Shown here: positions 29,828-40,872 of the stretch, in pieces
Layout: each line of letters opens with the position of its first letter
Position numbering within the stretch: the first letter of the stretch is position 1
IMG/VR virus record: IMGVR_UViG_3300001580_000013
Span: 23,742 to 87,741 of that record
Direction: 5' to 3' (one strand)
Length of the DNA stretch: 64,000 nt
From: a virus
Taxonomy: Duplodnaviria; Caudoviricetes
Notes under the pieces: generated by a model
What the model was told of the DNA's origin: nothing
The model's database searches: none
Seen by the model: the letters and a program-made list of their open reading frames with translations, nothing else
Translations under genes and position numbers: made by a program

Positions 29828-30688
29828 TTATCTATTTAATACTCTATTTATTTCCAAATCCATATAATCAATATAAAGTAAATCTATACTACTCGTTCCA
29901 CTATTCCAACATTTTACTCCATGTCCAGTATAAGTTGTTGGTAAATTAGTAGTTATTGTTGCAGACCACAAAGGAGCAGAATTGATTGTTGAAGTTATTT
30001 CAAATAATATACTATTATAAGCAGAATTAACAGTTATAACCGCATTATACCAAGTGTTTGCAGTAAGATTTGATATAGTTCCTGCTCCTGCACTATTACT
30101 TGTGTTTGCTCCATTATAGGTATAAGCAGTTAAATTTGCTGTTCCACCTGCTGTTGATTTAACCCGTATAAGTGCTGATTGTGCTCCTATTGTTGCTGTC
30201 GTTGTATTTACAAATCCAAATAATAAAGTAGAATCTAAAGTATTCCCGGCATCTATAAAACTTGCAGGAATTTTGAATATTGCTCTCGTTTTTTCTCCAC
30301 CAGATAAAACAAATTGAGAAGTATTAGTTAAAACATAATAACCCGAATCTGCACCGGTACCAGATTTTAGAGGAACTACACCAATATGATTAGCATCTGC
30401 CTGTCCGCTTATTCCTGTTGCTAAAGTACCGCCAGTTCCAATAGCTCCACCATACCAATGGTCAAAATTGGCAGCATTTCCAAAGAAAAAATCATTTGCC
30501 CATTTCTGACTATCCATAACAACCCTCGAAGAATATTTTTGAGTAATATTATCAGTAGTTGCTAAAGTTCCTGTTATTGAGGTATTTCCTGCTCCTAAAG
30601 TTCCTATCACACCCAAATTACCTGTTACTGAAACATTTCCCGTAGTTGCTAAAGTTCCAATTATTTCCGTATCTTTCAATTTTGCCAT
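29828..30688 (-). CDS. tail-fibre/virion structural protein
   Basis: MAKLKDTEIIGTL start, G/T/A-rich beta-repeat N-terminus and beta-sandwich-like C-terminus. Confidence 0.55.
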   Translation of the reverse strand: MAKLKDTEIIGTLATTGNVSVTGNLGVIGTLGAGNTSITGTLATTDNITQKYSSRVVMDSQKWANDFFFGNAANFDHWYGGAIGTGGTLATGISGQADANHIGVVPLKSGTGADSGYYVLTNTSQFVLSGGEKTRAIFKIPASFIDAGNTLDSTLLFGFVNTTTATIGAQSALIRVKSTAGGTANLTAYTYNGANTSNSAGAGTISNLTANTWYNAVITVNSAYNSILFEITSTINSAPLWSATITTNLPTTYTGHGVKCWNSGTSSIDLLYIDYMDLEINRVLNR

Positions 30689-30690
30689 CG

Positions 30691-31458
30691 TTATATCTCC
30701 AAAAATTCATTTTTTACTGTTACATCGTTTGTATTAATTCTCATATTTACATCTAAAGTGTCATCTTCTATAAATTCCTCACATCTAACAGTTCCGTCAT
30801 TTCCCATTAGAAAGTTTGAGGGATAATTCCAAATTTCTGATACTTGCCAAAAACTTGTAAGAGTTCCATTTACTGTTAATTCAGTTCCTTTATTGCCTGT
30901 AATAGTTGAACCTGTTCCATTATTTATGTACCAAGTTTCATTGTTTATTTGAAAGGAGTATATTTCATCAATCAAATAAGCGTTAGCACCATTTCTATTA
31001 TATATCCACATAATGTCATTTGTGGTTACACTTCTCGTTACGGTTTGTGTATATACTTGAGAAAAAGTTTTTGATAGGTAAGAATATTCATAAAATATTA
31101 TAATATAGTTCGCACCATCTTTCGTAGCACTCAATTTGTATATATTACCCGTTGTTATGTAAGGTGTTAAATTTATTTCAGTGTACTGATTACCTATTGC
31201 CATATATAAACCGTTATTATATTTGAACAAATGGTATCTGCTTGTACCACCACCAAAAACACCATAATATACTTGAGTTGTAGTAGCATAAATGTATTTA
31301 AAAACAATCTCGCTGAAATTTACTTCATTAGCAGGAATCCCAGTATTAATATAAACATTTGTTCCATTCCCCTTTCCAGCATAAGAAATTTCATTGATTT
31401 CCATTCCACCAATTGCTGATAAATCTCCAGTATTCGTCAGTTGATAAGTCTTGCTCAA
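30691..31458 (-). CDS. virion structural protein (lectin/beta-sandwich-like)
   Basis: GNGTNVYINTGI motif and C-terminal CEEFIE..D motif seen in phage tail-associated proteins; TATAAATA at 31480-31487. Confidence 0.5.
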   Translation of the reverse strand: MSKTYQLTNTGDLSAIGGMEINEISYAGKGNGTNVYINTGIPANEVNFSEIVFKYIYATTTQVYYGVFGGGTSRYHLFKYNNGLYMAIGNQYTEINLTPYITTGNIYKLSATKDGANYIIIFYEYSYLSKTFSQVYTQTVTRSVTTNDIMWIYNRNGANAYLIDEIYSFQINNETWYINNGTGSTITGNKGTELTVNGTLTSFWQVSEIWNYPSNFLMGNDGTVRCEEFIEDDTLDVNMRINTNDVTVKNEFLEI

Positions 31459-31488
31459 AAATTCCTCACTCTTTTTCTTTATTTATAA

Positions 31489-34400
31489 CTAATTGATAAT
31501 AAAATCAATACTATTACTAACCGAATTAAATTTCATAACAGCATTTGTACCCATTCTAAATTCTGTTGCTTCTATATCACCAGTTGTTTCAATATCAGAA
31601 GTTCCTGCATCTATCGTTCCTGCTACTGCATTTATTATTTTATCTCCACTTTCTAATGTAATATCGCCAACTACAGTTAAATCAGAAGTAGTCCGTACTA
31701 TACCAGCACCTTTAGGAACTAATTCAATATCATAATCTGTTCCAATTCCTTTGGCTTTCCACTGATTTTTCAGAGTATCTTGGTCTTCTTCAAAATGTTC
31801 AAATAACCTATCCAATGTAATATTCACAGCAGGATAATCTAACTGAGAATTGTAAGTTCCACCACCGTGTATTAGAACATTTTGAGTTGTTAATGGTGAA
31901 CCACTTCTTTTTGCTTTTACTCTTATTGCTAATTTATCTCCAGCAACAAAAGTATGTTGAACATCCGCAGTCACAACGAAAGTATAAGCCTCAATATTAG
32001 TTGCAAGTGGAGCTACTATTTCTGCTGATGAATAAGTATGTAATATTGTTCCTACACTATCCAAAACTAATAAATCAACTTGGAATGTTACTCCTCTATT
32101 TGCAGTTGTTTTTTGCAAGTAAAGATAAGATTCAAATCTATCACCAATTTCAATAGAAGTCCTGTAATTCATAGCATCTTCAAATTCAATCCAAGTTTCT
32201 AACTCTGTTTGAGTATCCTGTGAAACTGAATAAGTATTAGAAAATGATGCTTGTGCTGTCAAACTTAATAATTTATTTATTCCACTATCTGTATTTGTTA
32301 AATATGCAATTCTGTCTTGGTAAACACTTAGAGCGTTTTTTAATCTTTGCTCTGTTATATATTCAGCATTTCTATATGAAGTGGCTGTTGAAACTCTTTC
32401 GGCTTCCCACATTTTAGTTACGCCATCACCTTCAACTTGGAAAGCGGGTCTTAAATCATTATGGGCAGAATAAACAGCCAATCTCGTATTAGTATGACGA
32501 CAAATTGAACTCAACTCAGCAGGAGTAGAATAAGCGGTAACAGGAATTAATCTTAGCCAATAACCTTCTGTGCCATCAATAGTCTTTTTAGCCCAATCCA
32601 CAAATTCTGTATTATCCCATATTATATCACCATTTGCTGTAAGGTTTGTTGTTGAATCTATAGCATTTGGAACATCAACCCAAGCATCAGAACTATTCAA
32701 ATATTGAACTTTAAAAGTACCACCAACGCCATATTGTGATAATATAACATTGACAGCACTCCATTTTGAAGCATTTCCAAGATAAAGATAATGGTCGGTA
32801 TCTCCTAATATTTCAAAACTATCAGCTATACTACATTGAGTTGTTGCTGATTTGTAAGTATAATCTATAAAAGTTGAACCAGCATCCTCAGAAACCATGA
32901 CTCTGTGTATCATAGGAGGTTTGATATCCATTGTACTTGGTGGGTCTTGTGAGAATCCTCTTACAGACCAAGTATCCGTTAAACTATGACCAGTTGTTGC
33001 TCCAAAAGTTATATAAACACCTTCTCTTAATTCATAAGGAGTAATTTGACAAGGAATAAGAGTTCCACCAGAAGTCCAAGTTGAACCTGTTCCGCCAGCA
33101 TTGATTAAATATTCCCATCTGAAAGTATCGGGTGTTCCTACACTATCAATATAAATTCTGAAAGCTGTTGTTGTATTTCCTTCAAAATTTCCACTTGCAG
33201 TTACATCATTTAATCCTGTTCCATTATAAGCTACATAAGGACTTACTAAACTTATTGGTCTATTAAATCCAAATCTACCATTTCTACTTATTACTAAAGG
33301 ATTTTCTTGGCTATCTAAATTGTAAAAATACATAAATCGAGCATCTTCGTTTCTCCAAGCACCTTGAATAGCCCATTTATCTACACCATTGTCCTTGAAC
33401 ACAATTTGTTTATCAGTATCAACTGCACCATCAAGGAATAAACCATTTTCTTGTAAATTATCACCACCCAAATCAGTGTCATCTGTCGCGTTTATAGTTA
33501 CATCACCTATGAAATTATGAGTTGTTTTTACTATAACACCAGCTTTATCCACATAATAACCATAATCGAGTGAATTTATTGTTGGATTCTTTCCACTTAA
33601 AGTAGCAGATATAACATTAACACTATTCATTGATATTTTACTATTTGTTGTTTCTAAATCCGCAAATAAAGAAATAGAACCATTTGAATTGAATTGAATA
33701 TTAATATCTTTGTCAGTACTACTAATAAAAAGTTGGTTGTCTTGGAACGGGTCTAAGTATATTTCGTTATACATAGTTCCGCTACCATAAAGATACGCAT
33801 CCCACAGGCTTATACCACCAACAGATTCAATATATTTTGGTGTTGGTAATGCACCTTCTTCTCCAATAAATATATTTCCTTTTAAATGAGCAGAATAATA
33901 GTCATCAAATCCCAATATACTATCATTTACAATAAGACCGTTTGAAGTTATTTTTTTATCTGTTTCAACGTTTCCATCTCTATCAATGCTAACTAAGCTA
34001 TCATATCCTTTTATAGCAAAAGTATATTCAGTAGAAACCTCATAAGCACTATAACCCGCAGGAATCGCTTGGTCAACTAATGGAGTTTCTAAAATATCCC
34101 AACCCTCTGACAAATGTTTATGAATGTATAATCTATGTTCGTCATATATACCTGTAAAATATTCGAGATAAGACTCACAATTATCATTCGGATTTTCTTG
34201 GTTTATTGCATCTTTGGTAACCACTCTTAATTTTTCTATCTGTGAATATTGATAACCTTCCATAGAAGTTGAGTGTAAAATATGGATAGATACTCCAGAT
34301 TTATTTCCTATATCAGAAGTAACCGTAAATATTAAACTTCCATTCTGTCTGCAATAACCGTCTGGAGGAGCTGGAATAGTATTCAGCCAATCACCACCAT

Positions 34401-37400
34401 ACCGTATTTCAAACATTGCGTGAGAAGTGCTTGAACTATTAGGACAAGTTGCTATACGAACCCATTTACCAATAGAACTAACGCCCATTAAATTACATTG
34501 AAATCCTTCATCAACTTTATTTCCTCTAATATTTTCCTTTGCTATTATAGAACTTTCAACCTCTAAATCCCAAATTTGTGTAAGATAATCTGAATTACAT
34601 CTCCACATATAGTATCCGTCTTCAAACTCATTGTATCGTTCTAATTTAAACCAATTTCTGCCTTCATCATCTTTATCTTCTCCGAGCAACCAAAGAGGAA
34701 CAGAACCATCACCAACATCACCAAATTTTATTATGTTATCTGCTGTTGGGTGGTCTATATTTGCTGATTGGGCTTTAACATTCCCCTCCCCATTAACATT
34801 AAATACAGTTTCACCCGCATAGTTATTAACTTGGAATACATCAAGCGCATCTCCACCAACCTGCCCATTCTGAAATGTTACACCATCTCTTGTAGCATCA
34901 GTTACAATTTCACCAACAGGAGAATTGTTATATGCTTGTTGTAAAGTAGTTGTACCGCCAATTCCGCCAATACTCTGATTAACTTCACCAAATCTATTTA
35001 GTTCTATAAATTTTGCTTGTAATGGGTTGGATAAGTCTGTGGCATTTTTTGAAACTACTATAACACCTCTGAATAATCCGTTCTCTGCTATATTTTGTTC
35101 TACCGCAAACACTTCTGTATTAACTGCGGCAAGAGCATCTGCCATATTTTTATATACTGCTTGACCATATTGAATACGAATTAAATTAGATGAAAATAAT
35201 GCTACTCTCATTATACTAAATTCGTATGGAGCAGTAATAGCAGTTTTTACGCCGTTGCGGTCATAGTAACCAACATCTAAGGTATTTGTGTCTAATCCCT
35301 CTGGTGTTAATAGAGTTATACTTCTTGTTCTGTGTCTCAAAGTGGCTGGAGCACTCAAACTATCCAAAAATTTTAAATTTGGATTATCTGAACCATTTAG
35401 TTCATGGAAATTTACACCTTTTTTGAAAATCTCACCAGAAGATTTGTTTAGATACTTGTTGACTCCATTCGCAGATATAATATTGCCATTAACATTAAAA
35501 ACTCTTATAGCATCAAGTAAATCGTTATATTGACCTGCCACGTTCTTCGCCACATCTGGCATACTATTGAAAGCATTTATTGTTGTCATATTACTATGAA
35601 TTACTGCACCAATTAATATGTAGTTTCTTCTATCTGTTGGCGTAAAAGGACTCGAACTTTGAACAATCTGAGTTAATCCGATTGGTTGTGAATAATCCAA
35701 AGCAATATATGTAACTAATTGAGTTGTTAAATTTGTAAGCGGTATCTCATCTAATTCTGCAAATTGAGTAACACCATCTTCTAAGGAATAATATGAACCT
35801 GCTGTAATTTTAAATTTTGTAGTTGGAGCAAGAGTAGCAATATCAAGTTTCATTCCATTCTTAACACCATTAGTAACAAGTGTACGGTCAGCATCATCTA
35901 ATCTGTTTATAGTGTTTTCATCAATAAAATCAAAAGAAGTATTATTGAATGCTGAAGTAACTATTGTAGTGTTATTACCTTTTCTGACTATTATTCTTCC
36001 AGCTAACATTCCTAAACTTTGAAATGGTGGGGGTAATTCGGAAACATCTGGAGCAGGAATTTCCATAACATTAGTAAATTTATATGGAGTATTACCTAAT
36101 AATATACAAGCGTGTTTTGTTCCATCTGTTAAAACTGCTCTATAAACCCAGTTAATAGCATAATCGTTCCAAGTAGGTAATTCGGCTAAACCAGTAGCTA
36201 CATCATTATATTGAGAGTTGTTATATTTAGTTGCGGCTTCTCTGTACCATTCAGTACCGATCTTATACCATATATAACAAGTATCTACCGAACTATCAAA
36301 GGAGTCAACAAAATATCTATGAACCCTACCTCTCCAAATATAACCTTCTGAAAGTATTATTTTTCTATCGGCGTCATTTGAAGCAGATAATTCCATTCCA
36401 CTTTCTGCTGTCCATCTTTCAGTCCTAACCAAACCGTCAGCAATTTTATTTGCTAATCCTTGAGATGCTAAATCCCAATTAACTTCAAAAAATGAAATTT
36501 CTCCATCCATATCCATTCTGTAAATTGTATAGATTGGGATTATTTTTAATTGGTCTATAAGATGCGGAGCTTCTCTTGTCTGATATACTTCTACAGATTC
36601 TGTATTGCCATCAAATACTATGTAATTGATACTATTTGCGACTAAAGTTAAAGTTTGTTCTGCTATTTCGTATCTTAATAGAGGAAGCGCACCATTAATA
36701 TCTGAATAAACATTATAAGTTCCGGCTGAAAGTATCATGTTTCCTGTTTTGACACCGCCAACTTCTTCTGCTGTTATGGAAGGTAAAGTTCCCGTTACTC
36801 CGGCCGTATGATTTATATTTCGTATATTATAATAATCGAGTTGTCCTGCTGGCGCATTTCCATGTTCATAAGTGTCATAAGCAGAGTCTAAATCTATATA
36901 TTTAGTTTCTATATCATTCGCTGTTAATTTGTTAGTTCCCAAATCTACATCTTTATTAGCACCAGTGTAAGGAATAAAACCAGATAAATCTTGATTTTGA
37001 GATTTTTGCCAAACTGTTCCATTATACATTACCCAATCGCCAACTTTAAACTCTATCAATTCTCCGTCAAATGTTTGAGAACCCTCTACGGAAGTTACAT
37101 AAAAATCTCCAGTGTTTCCCGTTCCATCTATAAGAGTTGGTGTATTTGTTAAAGCATTCCAAGTTCCTTTATATTCTATAACACTATCTGGTAATTGTGA
37201 TGGGTCTATTTTACCATTTATTAATCCCGGATATCCATTAGTTTGATTTTTTTCTGAAAGAAGTTGATAGTTCCCCACAACACTTCCAGTATAATCTATA
37301 ATTTTGTTGGATGTCCATAGATCGGTATTTGTAGTACCGGTATCGTTTATTTTGTATATGAATTTAAAGTTTGTTTGATCAAAACTTAATATATTTCCAT

Positions 37401-38868
37401 TCACATCATAATTAGTTGAATCAACATCAAACAATTTCGTCAGATAATAATTACTCATGTTTGATCCGCCTCCACCTCCGCCTATTATAGATACATAGGG
37501 TTGCTGATTGTTGCTTTCTCTTTTAGTATCTTCTACCGATGATTTTACTTTTATTGGAGTTCCCCATTCGCCATCAGACTGTTTAAAGAACAACCAACCA
37601 TTCTGTACCATATGATCAGGGGATTTTCCCATGAACTGCTCTTTGTTCTCTTCAAAATACTGCTTAATGTATTCTGGTGTAACTATATTCTGTTCAACTT
37701 CTTTTAATTTTTTTGATATATCGGTTATTTTTCCATTTAATTCTTTGGATATATTTTTTATTTCTGTTTTTAAATACTGCTCTACATCTTCGTTTATGAT
37801 TTTTATTTCAGAATTTATAACCTTAATATCTTCTTTTAATTTTGCTATTTCTAAATTTTTTGGATCAACCTTCTCAACAATTATTTTATCTAATTTTTTG
37901 TTGAATTTTGTTTCCATGAGTTGCAATATCAATTCTTGTATCTGCGTAGAATTTAATGAAGCTTCCTCTGTTAATGACAGTTTATCTATAATATTGGATG
38001 AAATTTTGGAAAAGCTTTCTTTTATTTCTTTTATGTTCTTATCGGTTTTTTTTAGAGCTTTGGTGTAATTATCCATGAATTTATCAAAAACTTCTGAATC
38101 AATCTTTTCTTGTAATTTCGTTGTGATATCTGAATTTAATTTATCCGAACTTTCTTTTATGCTGTCAATGTAGTTCTGTGTTAACTTGGCATAAACATTT
38201 TCCTGATCTTCTTTTAATTTTATAGAAGTCGCGGTTAATTCCGATTTTAATTTTTCTGTTGTTTCAAATATTTCTTTTGATATTTTTTGTGTTACTTGAG
38301 TTACTTTTTCGAGTTCTTTGTTAAATGTTTCAGAAATATCAACTACATCATTGTTGGTCTGTATTATTTGTTCTGACAGATTATCATTTATTTTTTTCAG
38401 AGATTCATTTAATGCTTTGTTGTATTCAATATTTAATTGCGAAACATAATCAAGCATTTCCTGATTTTTTTCTGTCAATTGTTCTGTTATGGATGAAAAC
38501 TTTTTACCAGAATCTATTCCGAGCAGATCAATGATATTTAAAAGATGTTTCTCCTGTTCTTGTAAAGCATCTCTATATTCTTCGTTAACTTTGAATATTT
38601 TTTTATCAAATGATCTTTTAACTTTTTCATCATTAACAATTTTTGTATCATACTTTTCATTTAATGAATTTATTTTTTCTATTAAAGATGAAATTTTTGA
38701 AAATACATCATAATTTATTTTATTGTATCTGATATTATCTACAGATTTTAATTTATTAATTTCTTCGGTTATAGAAGTTTTTAATTCAAACAATTCTTTT
38801 CTTGCTGTGAATATTTCTTCTTTAATAAATTCGGTATTTTCGTCTTTTTTAATTATTTCAATGTTCAT
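31489..38868 (-). CDS. giant virion protein (2459 aa): coiled coil fused to tail-fibre-like modules
   Basis: About 440-aa coiled coil, then GKSPDH..WLFF...DGEWG, a GGGGGS linker, YKGTWNA.TNTPTL...GD.Y...GDW and YTGA..DVDLG modules; directly downstream of the portal. Confidence 0.65.
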   Translation of the reverse strand: MNIEIIKKDENTEFIKEEIFTARKELFELKTSITEEINKLKSVDNIRYNKINYDVFSKISSLIEKINSLNEKYDTKIVNDEKVKRSFDKKIFKVNEEYRDALQEQEKHLLNIIDLLGIDSGKKFSSITEQLTEKNQEMLDYVSQLNIEYNKALNESLKKINDNLSEQIIQTNNDVVDISETFNKELEKVTQVTQKISKEIFETTEKLKSELTATSIKLKEDQENVYAKLTQNYIDSIKESSDKLNSDITTKLQEKIDSEVFDKFMDNYTKALKKTDKNIKEIKESFSKISSNIIDKLSLTEEASLNSTQIQELILQLMETKFNKKLDKIIVEKVDPKNLEIAKLKEDIKVINSEIKIINEDVEQYLKTEIKNISKELNGKITDISKKLKEVEQNIVTPEYIKQYFEENKEQFMGKSPDHMVQNGWLFFKQSDGEWGTPIKVKSSVEDTKRESNNQQPYVSIIGGGGGGSNMSNYYLTKLFDVDSTNYDVNGNILSFDQTNFKFIYKINDTGTTNTDLWTSNKIIDYTGSVVGNYQLLSEKNQTNGYPGLINGKIDPSQLPDSVIEYKGTWNALTNTPTLIDGTGNTGDFYVTSVEGSQTFDGELIEFKVGDWVMYNGTVWQKSQNQDLSGFIPYTGANKDVDLGTNKLTANDIETKYIDLDSAYDTYEHGNAPAGQLDYYNIRNINHTAGVTGTLPSITAEEVGGVKTGNMILSAGTYNVYSDINGALPLLRYEIAEQTLTLVANSINYIVFDGNTESVEVYQTREAPHLIDQLKIIPIYTIYRMDMDGEISFFEVNWDLASQGLANKIADGLVRTERWTAESGMELSASNDADRKIILSEGYIWRGRVHRYFVDSFDSSVDTCYIWYKIGTEWYREAATKYNNSQYNDVATGLAELPTWNDYAINWVYRAVLTDGTKHACILLGNTPYKFTNVMEIPAPDVSELPPPFQSLGMLAGRIIVRKGNNTTIVTSAFNNTSFDFIDENTINRLDDADRTLVTNGVKNGMKLDIATLAPTTKFKITAGSYYSLEDGVTQFAELDEIPLTNLTTQLVTYIALDYSQPIGLTQIVQSSSPFTPTDRRNYILIGAVIHSNMTTINAFNSMPDVAKNVAGQYNDLLDAIRVFNVNGNIISANGVNKYLNKSSGEIFKKGVNFHELNGSDNPNLKFLDSLSAPATLRHRTRSITLLTPEGLDTNTLDVGYYDRNGVKTAITAPYEFSIMRVALFSSNLIRIQYGQAVYKNMADALAAVNTEVFAVEQNIAENGLFRGVIVVSKNATDLSNPLQAKFIELNRFGEVNQSIGGIGGTTTLQQAYNNSPVGEIVTDATRDGVTFQNGQVGGDALDVFQVNNYAGETVFNVNGEGNVKAQSANIDHPTADNIIKFGDVGDGSVPLWLLGEDKDDEGRNWFKLERYNEFEDGYYMWRCNSDYLTQIWDLEVESSIIAKENIRGNKVDEGFQCNLMGVSSIGKWVRIATCPNSSSTSHAMFEIRYGGDWLNTIPAPPDGYCRQNGSLIFTVTSDIGNKSGVSIHILHSTSMEGYQYSQIEKLRVVTKDAINQENPNDNCESYLEYFTGIYDEHRLYIHKHLSEGWDILETPLVDQAIPAGYSAYEVSTEYTFAIKGYDSLVSIDRDGNVETDKKITSNGLIVNDSILGFDDYYSAHLKGNIFIGEEGALPTPKYIESVGGISLWDAYLYGSGTMYNEIYLDPFQDNQLFISSTDKDINIQFNSNGSISLFADLETTNSKISMNSVNVISATLSGKNPTINSLDYGYYVDKAGVIVKTTHNFIGDVTINATDDTDLGGDNLQENGLFLDGAVDTDKQIVFKDNGVDKWAIQGAWRNEDARFMYFYNLDSQENPLVISRNGRFGFNRPISLVSPYVAYNGTGLNDVTASGNFEGNTTTAFRIYIDSVGTPDTFRWEYLINAGGTGSTWTSGGTLIPCQITPYELREGVYITFGATTGHSLTDTWSVRGFSQDPPSTMDIKPPMIHRVMVSEDAGSTFIDYTYKSATTQCSIADSFEILGDTDHYLYLGNASKWSAVNVILSQYGVGGTFKVQYLNSSDAWVDVPNAIDSTTNLTANGDIIWDNTEFVDWAKKTIDGTEGYWLRLIPVTAYSTPAELSSICRHTNTRLAVYSAHNDLRPAFQVEGDGVTKMWEAERVSTATSYRNAEYITEQRLKNALSVYQDRIAYLTNTDSGINKLLSLTAQASFSNTYSVSQDTQTELETWIEFEDAMNYRTSIEIGDRFESYLYLQKTTANRGVTFQVDLLVLDSVGTILHTYSSAEIVAPLATNIEAYTFVVTADVQHTFVAGDKLAIRVKAKRSGSPLTTQNVLIHGGGTYNSQLDYPAVNITLDRLFEHFEEDQDTLKNQWKAKGIGTDYDIELVPKGAGIVRTTSDLTVVGDITLESGDKIINAVAGTIDAGTSDIETTGDIEATEFRMGTNAVMKFNSVSNSIDFIIN

Positions 38869-38876
38869 CGCTTGTC

Positions 38877-40829
38877 CTATTTTTCTATGAGTAATCCGTC
38901 TTGATAAAGATAAACTTTTCCATCAATTTTAACTGTATCACCATTTCCTGCTTGTTCCTTCAGTAATTTGGAGATGTCCACTTTTTTATCAGAAAAACTG
39001 TCTTTTATATAGCTCGCTTCTTCATCTTCTTTTTTGGTGTCCTTGACTAATTCTTCATCAGAAAATTCTTCTTGTTCTGCTCCAATTTCTCCCTCAACGG
39101 ATTGTGCTATTTGGTCGGGTGACATATCTTCTCCACCTTCCCCACTTTCCATTTCTCCGCCACCACCCTCCATTGATTGTGCCATTTCGTCTGGGGTCAT
39201 ATCTTCTCCCCCCTCTCCGCCACCACCTTCATAAGAACCACCTCCACCACCGGAACTTCTCATATTCGCATAGTCATCATCGTTCTTATCTTTTGCAAAT
39301 TCAATATCTTTCATTCTGTATGTGGTTGTTTCTTTCTGCATGTCGTCCCACTCTTCTCTTGTAAATTTCAAAACATTACGAACAACCCAGTCTCTTGTGT
39401 AATACCCAGATTCAATGAATGGTTCAATTTTTTCAAGAATAGATAATTTCTGATCTATAACAAAAAAATCTTTCATTGTGTTGTAGTAGTTATCGCTTTC
39501 CCAAATGAATTTTATTTTATTTCTTATTTTAAACCAATCTTGAAGAGTTATTTCCTGTTTTGCCATCATATCTCGTTTAATCAGTTCATAAAATAATTGT
39601 TCAAAGTTTTTTCTAAATCCACGATTTTTCTTAGAAAAAGTTAATTCTTCTCTCAATATGTTTGGATCAGTTGCACTTGTCCACGAAACTTGAGCCGATT
39701 CATCGCTTAAACTCCTTCTACTCTTCGGAACATTGAATGAGGTATATATTTGCTTAACGAAGTGATCTAAGTCCTTTAAATCGCCCAAATCCATGTTCCC
39801 CGATGATAACATATCAACACTTGATCCTCTACCATCAGAATCCACAGGAAACCAATAATTTTCTCCAATCACTCTAACCTGTTTCTGTTCATCAACTTCA
39901 CCGGTGTCCGATCTATAATATTTTTTTTGTTCATATAATCTTTTTAATTTTGCTGTATATGCTTCTGCTTTATCCTTTGGCATTTTTCCTGTATCAATTT
40001 TAAAAACCCTGCTATCCGAACCATGAGTTAATCGGTACATAATAAGTTGATCTTGAATTAAATTCAACTGATTTATAGATTTCATTGCATGATAAATTGG
40101 AGAAAGATACATCATCTTTGAACTATCCCATTGACCAACATGAACTACGACAATCTGTTCTTCTTGCAATTCTTCTAAATTTCCAAATCGTTCTTCTGCG
40201 GGAATAAGCAAATCCATATTTGATATACCAATTTTTTCATCTTGCCCCTCTACATTAGTATATCTCCAAACAAATCTTTTTTTGTTTATCTGATATATTT
40301 TTCTCAGACCAAACGGACTCAGCTGATCAATACGAATTATACCATCTTTTATTTTTTTATTATTGTAAATACACTCAAAAGGTAAAATTCCGTCTATATA
40401 AGATTGCATGAAATAAACATCAGCCAAATTTTCATATTCTAATAGTTCTTTTATTTTGGTGAAACTTTCTTCAACCTGAACAGCAATATCATCACCGTAA
40501 ATATCGGCTAATTCTGCTGTATCAACTTTGGTTACTTCATTTTCAAGTACAACGACATCATCAACAATTTCTTCTATACAAGATGCAGCAATTGGATGAT
40601 ATGCAAGTTGTCTCCATCTTTTTATCATTTTATCACCAGCGAGACCAAGTTCGGAATCACTGTTATACATATCAAAATTGTTTATTTGCGTTCCACTGTC
40701 ATCTTCAATTGCAAAATTTATCTCTTTCCTTGATGGATGATATATTGTTACACTATAATTAGCATTAGATATATCTCTTTCGGGATAAAAATTTCGCTTT
40801 AATGATTCAAATAATTTTTTGTCAGCCAT
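38877..40829 (-). CDS. gp20: portal vertex protein (T4 gp20-like)
   Basis: WRQLAYHP...IEEIVDD, YIDG, INQLNLIQD..IMYRL, RVFKIDTGKMPK.KAEAY, ENYWFP...GRGS, NVPKSR, ILREEL.F; TATAAATA at 40852-40859. Confidence 0.93.
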   Translation of the reverse strand: MADKKLFESLKRNFYPERDISNANYSVTIYHPSRKEINFAIEDDSGTQINNFDMYNSDSELGLAGDKMIKRWRQLAYHPIAASCIEEIVDDVVVLENEVTKVDTAELADIYGDDIAVQVEESFTKIKELLEYENLADVYFMQSYIDGILPFECIYNNKKIKDGIIRIDQLSPFGLRKIYQINKKRFVWRYTNVEGQDEKIGISNMDLLIPAEERFGNLEELQEEQIVVVHVGQWDSSKMMYLSPIYHAMKSINQLNLIQDQLIMYRLTHGSDSRVFKIDTGKMPKDKAEAYTAKLKRLYEQKKYYRSDTGEVDEQKQVRVIGENYWFPVDSDGRGSSVDMLSSGNMDLGDLKDLDHFVKQIYTSFNVPKSRRSLSDESAQVSWTSATDPNILREELTFSKKNRGFRKNFEQLFYELIKRDMMAKQEITLQDWFKIRNKIKFIWESDNYYNTMKDFFVIDQKLSILEKIEPFIESGYYTRDWVVRNVLKFTREEWDDMQKETTTYRMKDIEFAKDKNDDDYANMRSSGGGGGSYEGGGGEGGEDMTPDEMAQSMEGGGGEMESGEGGEDMSPDQIAQSVEGEIGAEQEEFSDEELVKDTKKEDEEASYIKDSFSDKKVDISKLLKEQAGNGDTVKIDGKVYLYQDGLLIEK

Positions 40830-40872
40830 TAAAAGCCCTCTTGTTTTTATTTATTTATAAAAATATGTAGAT

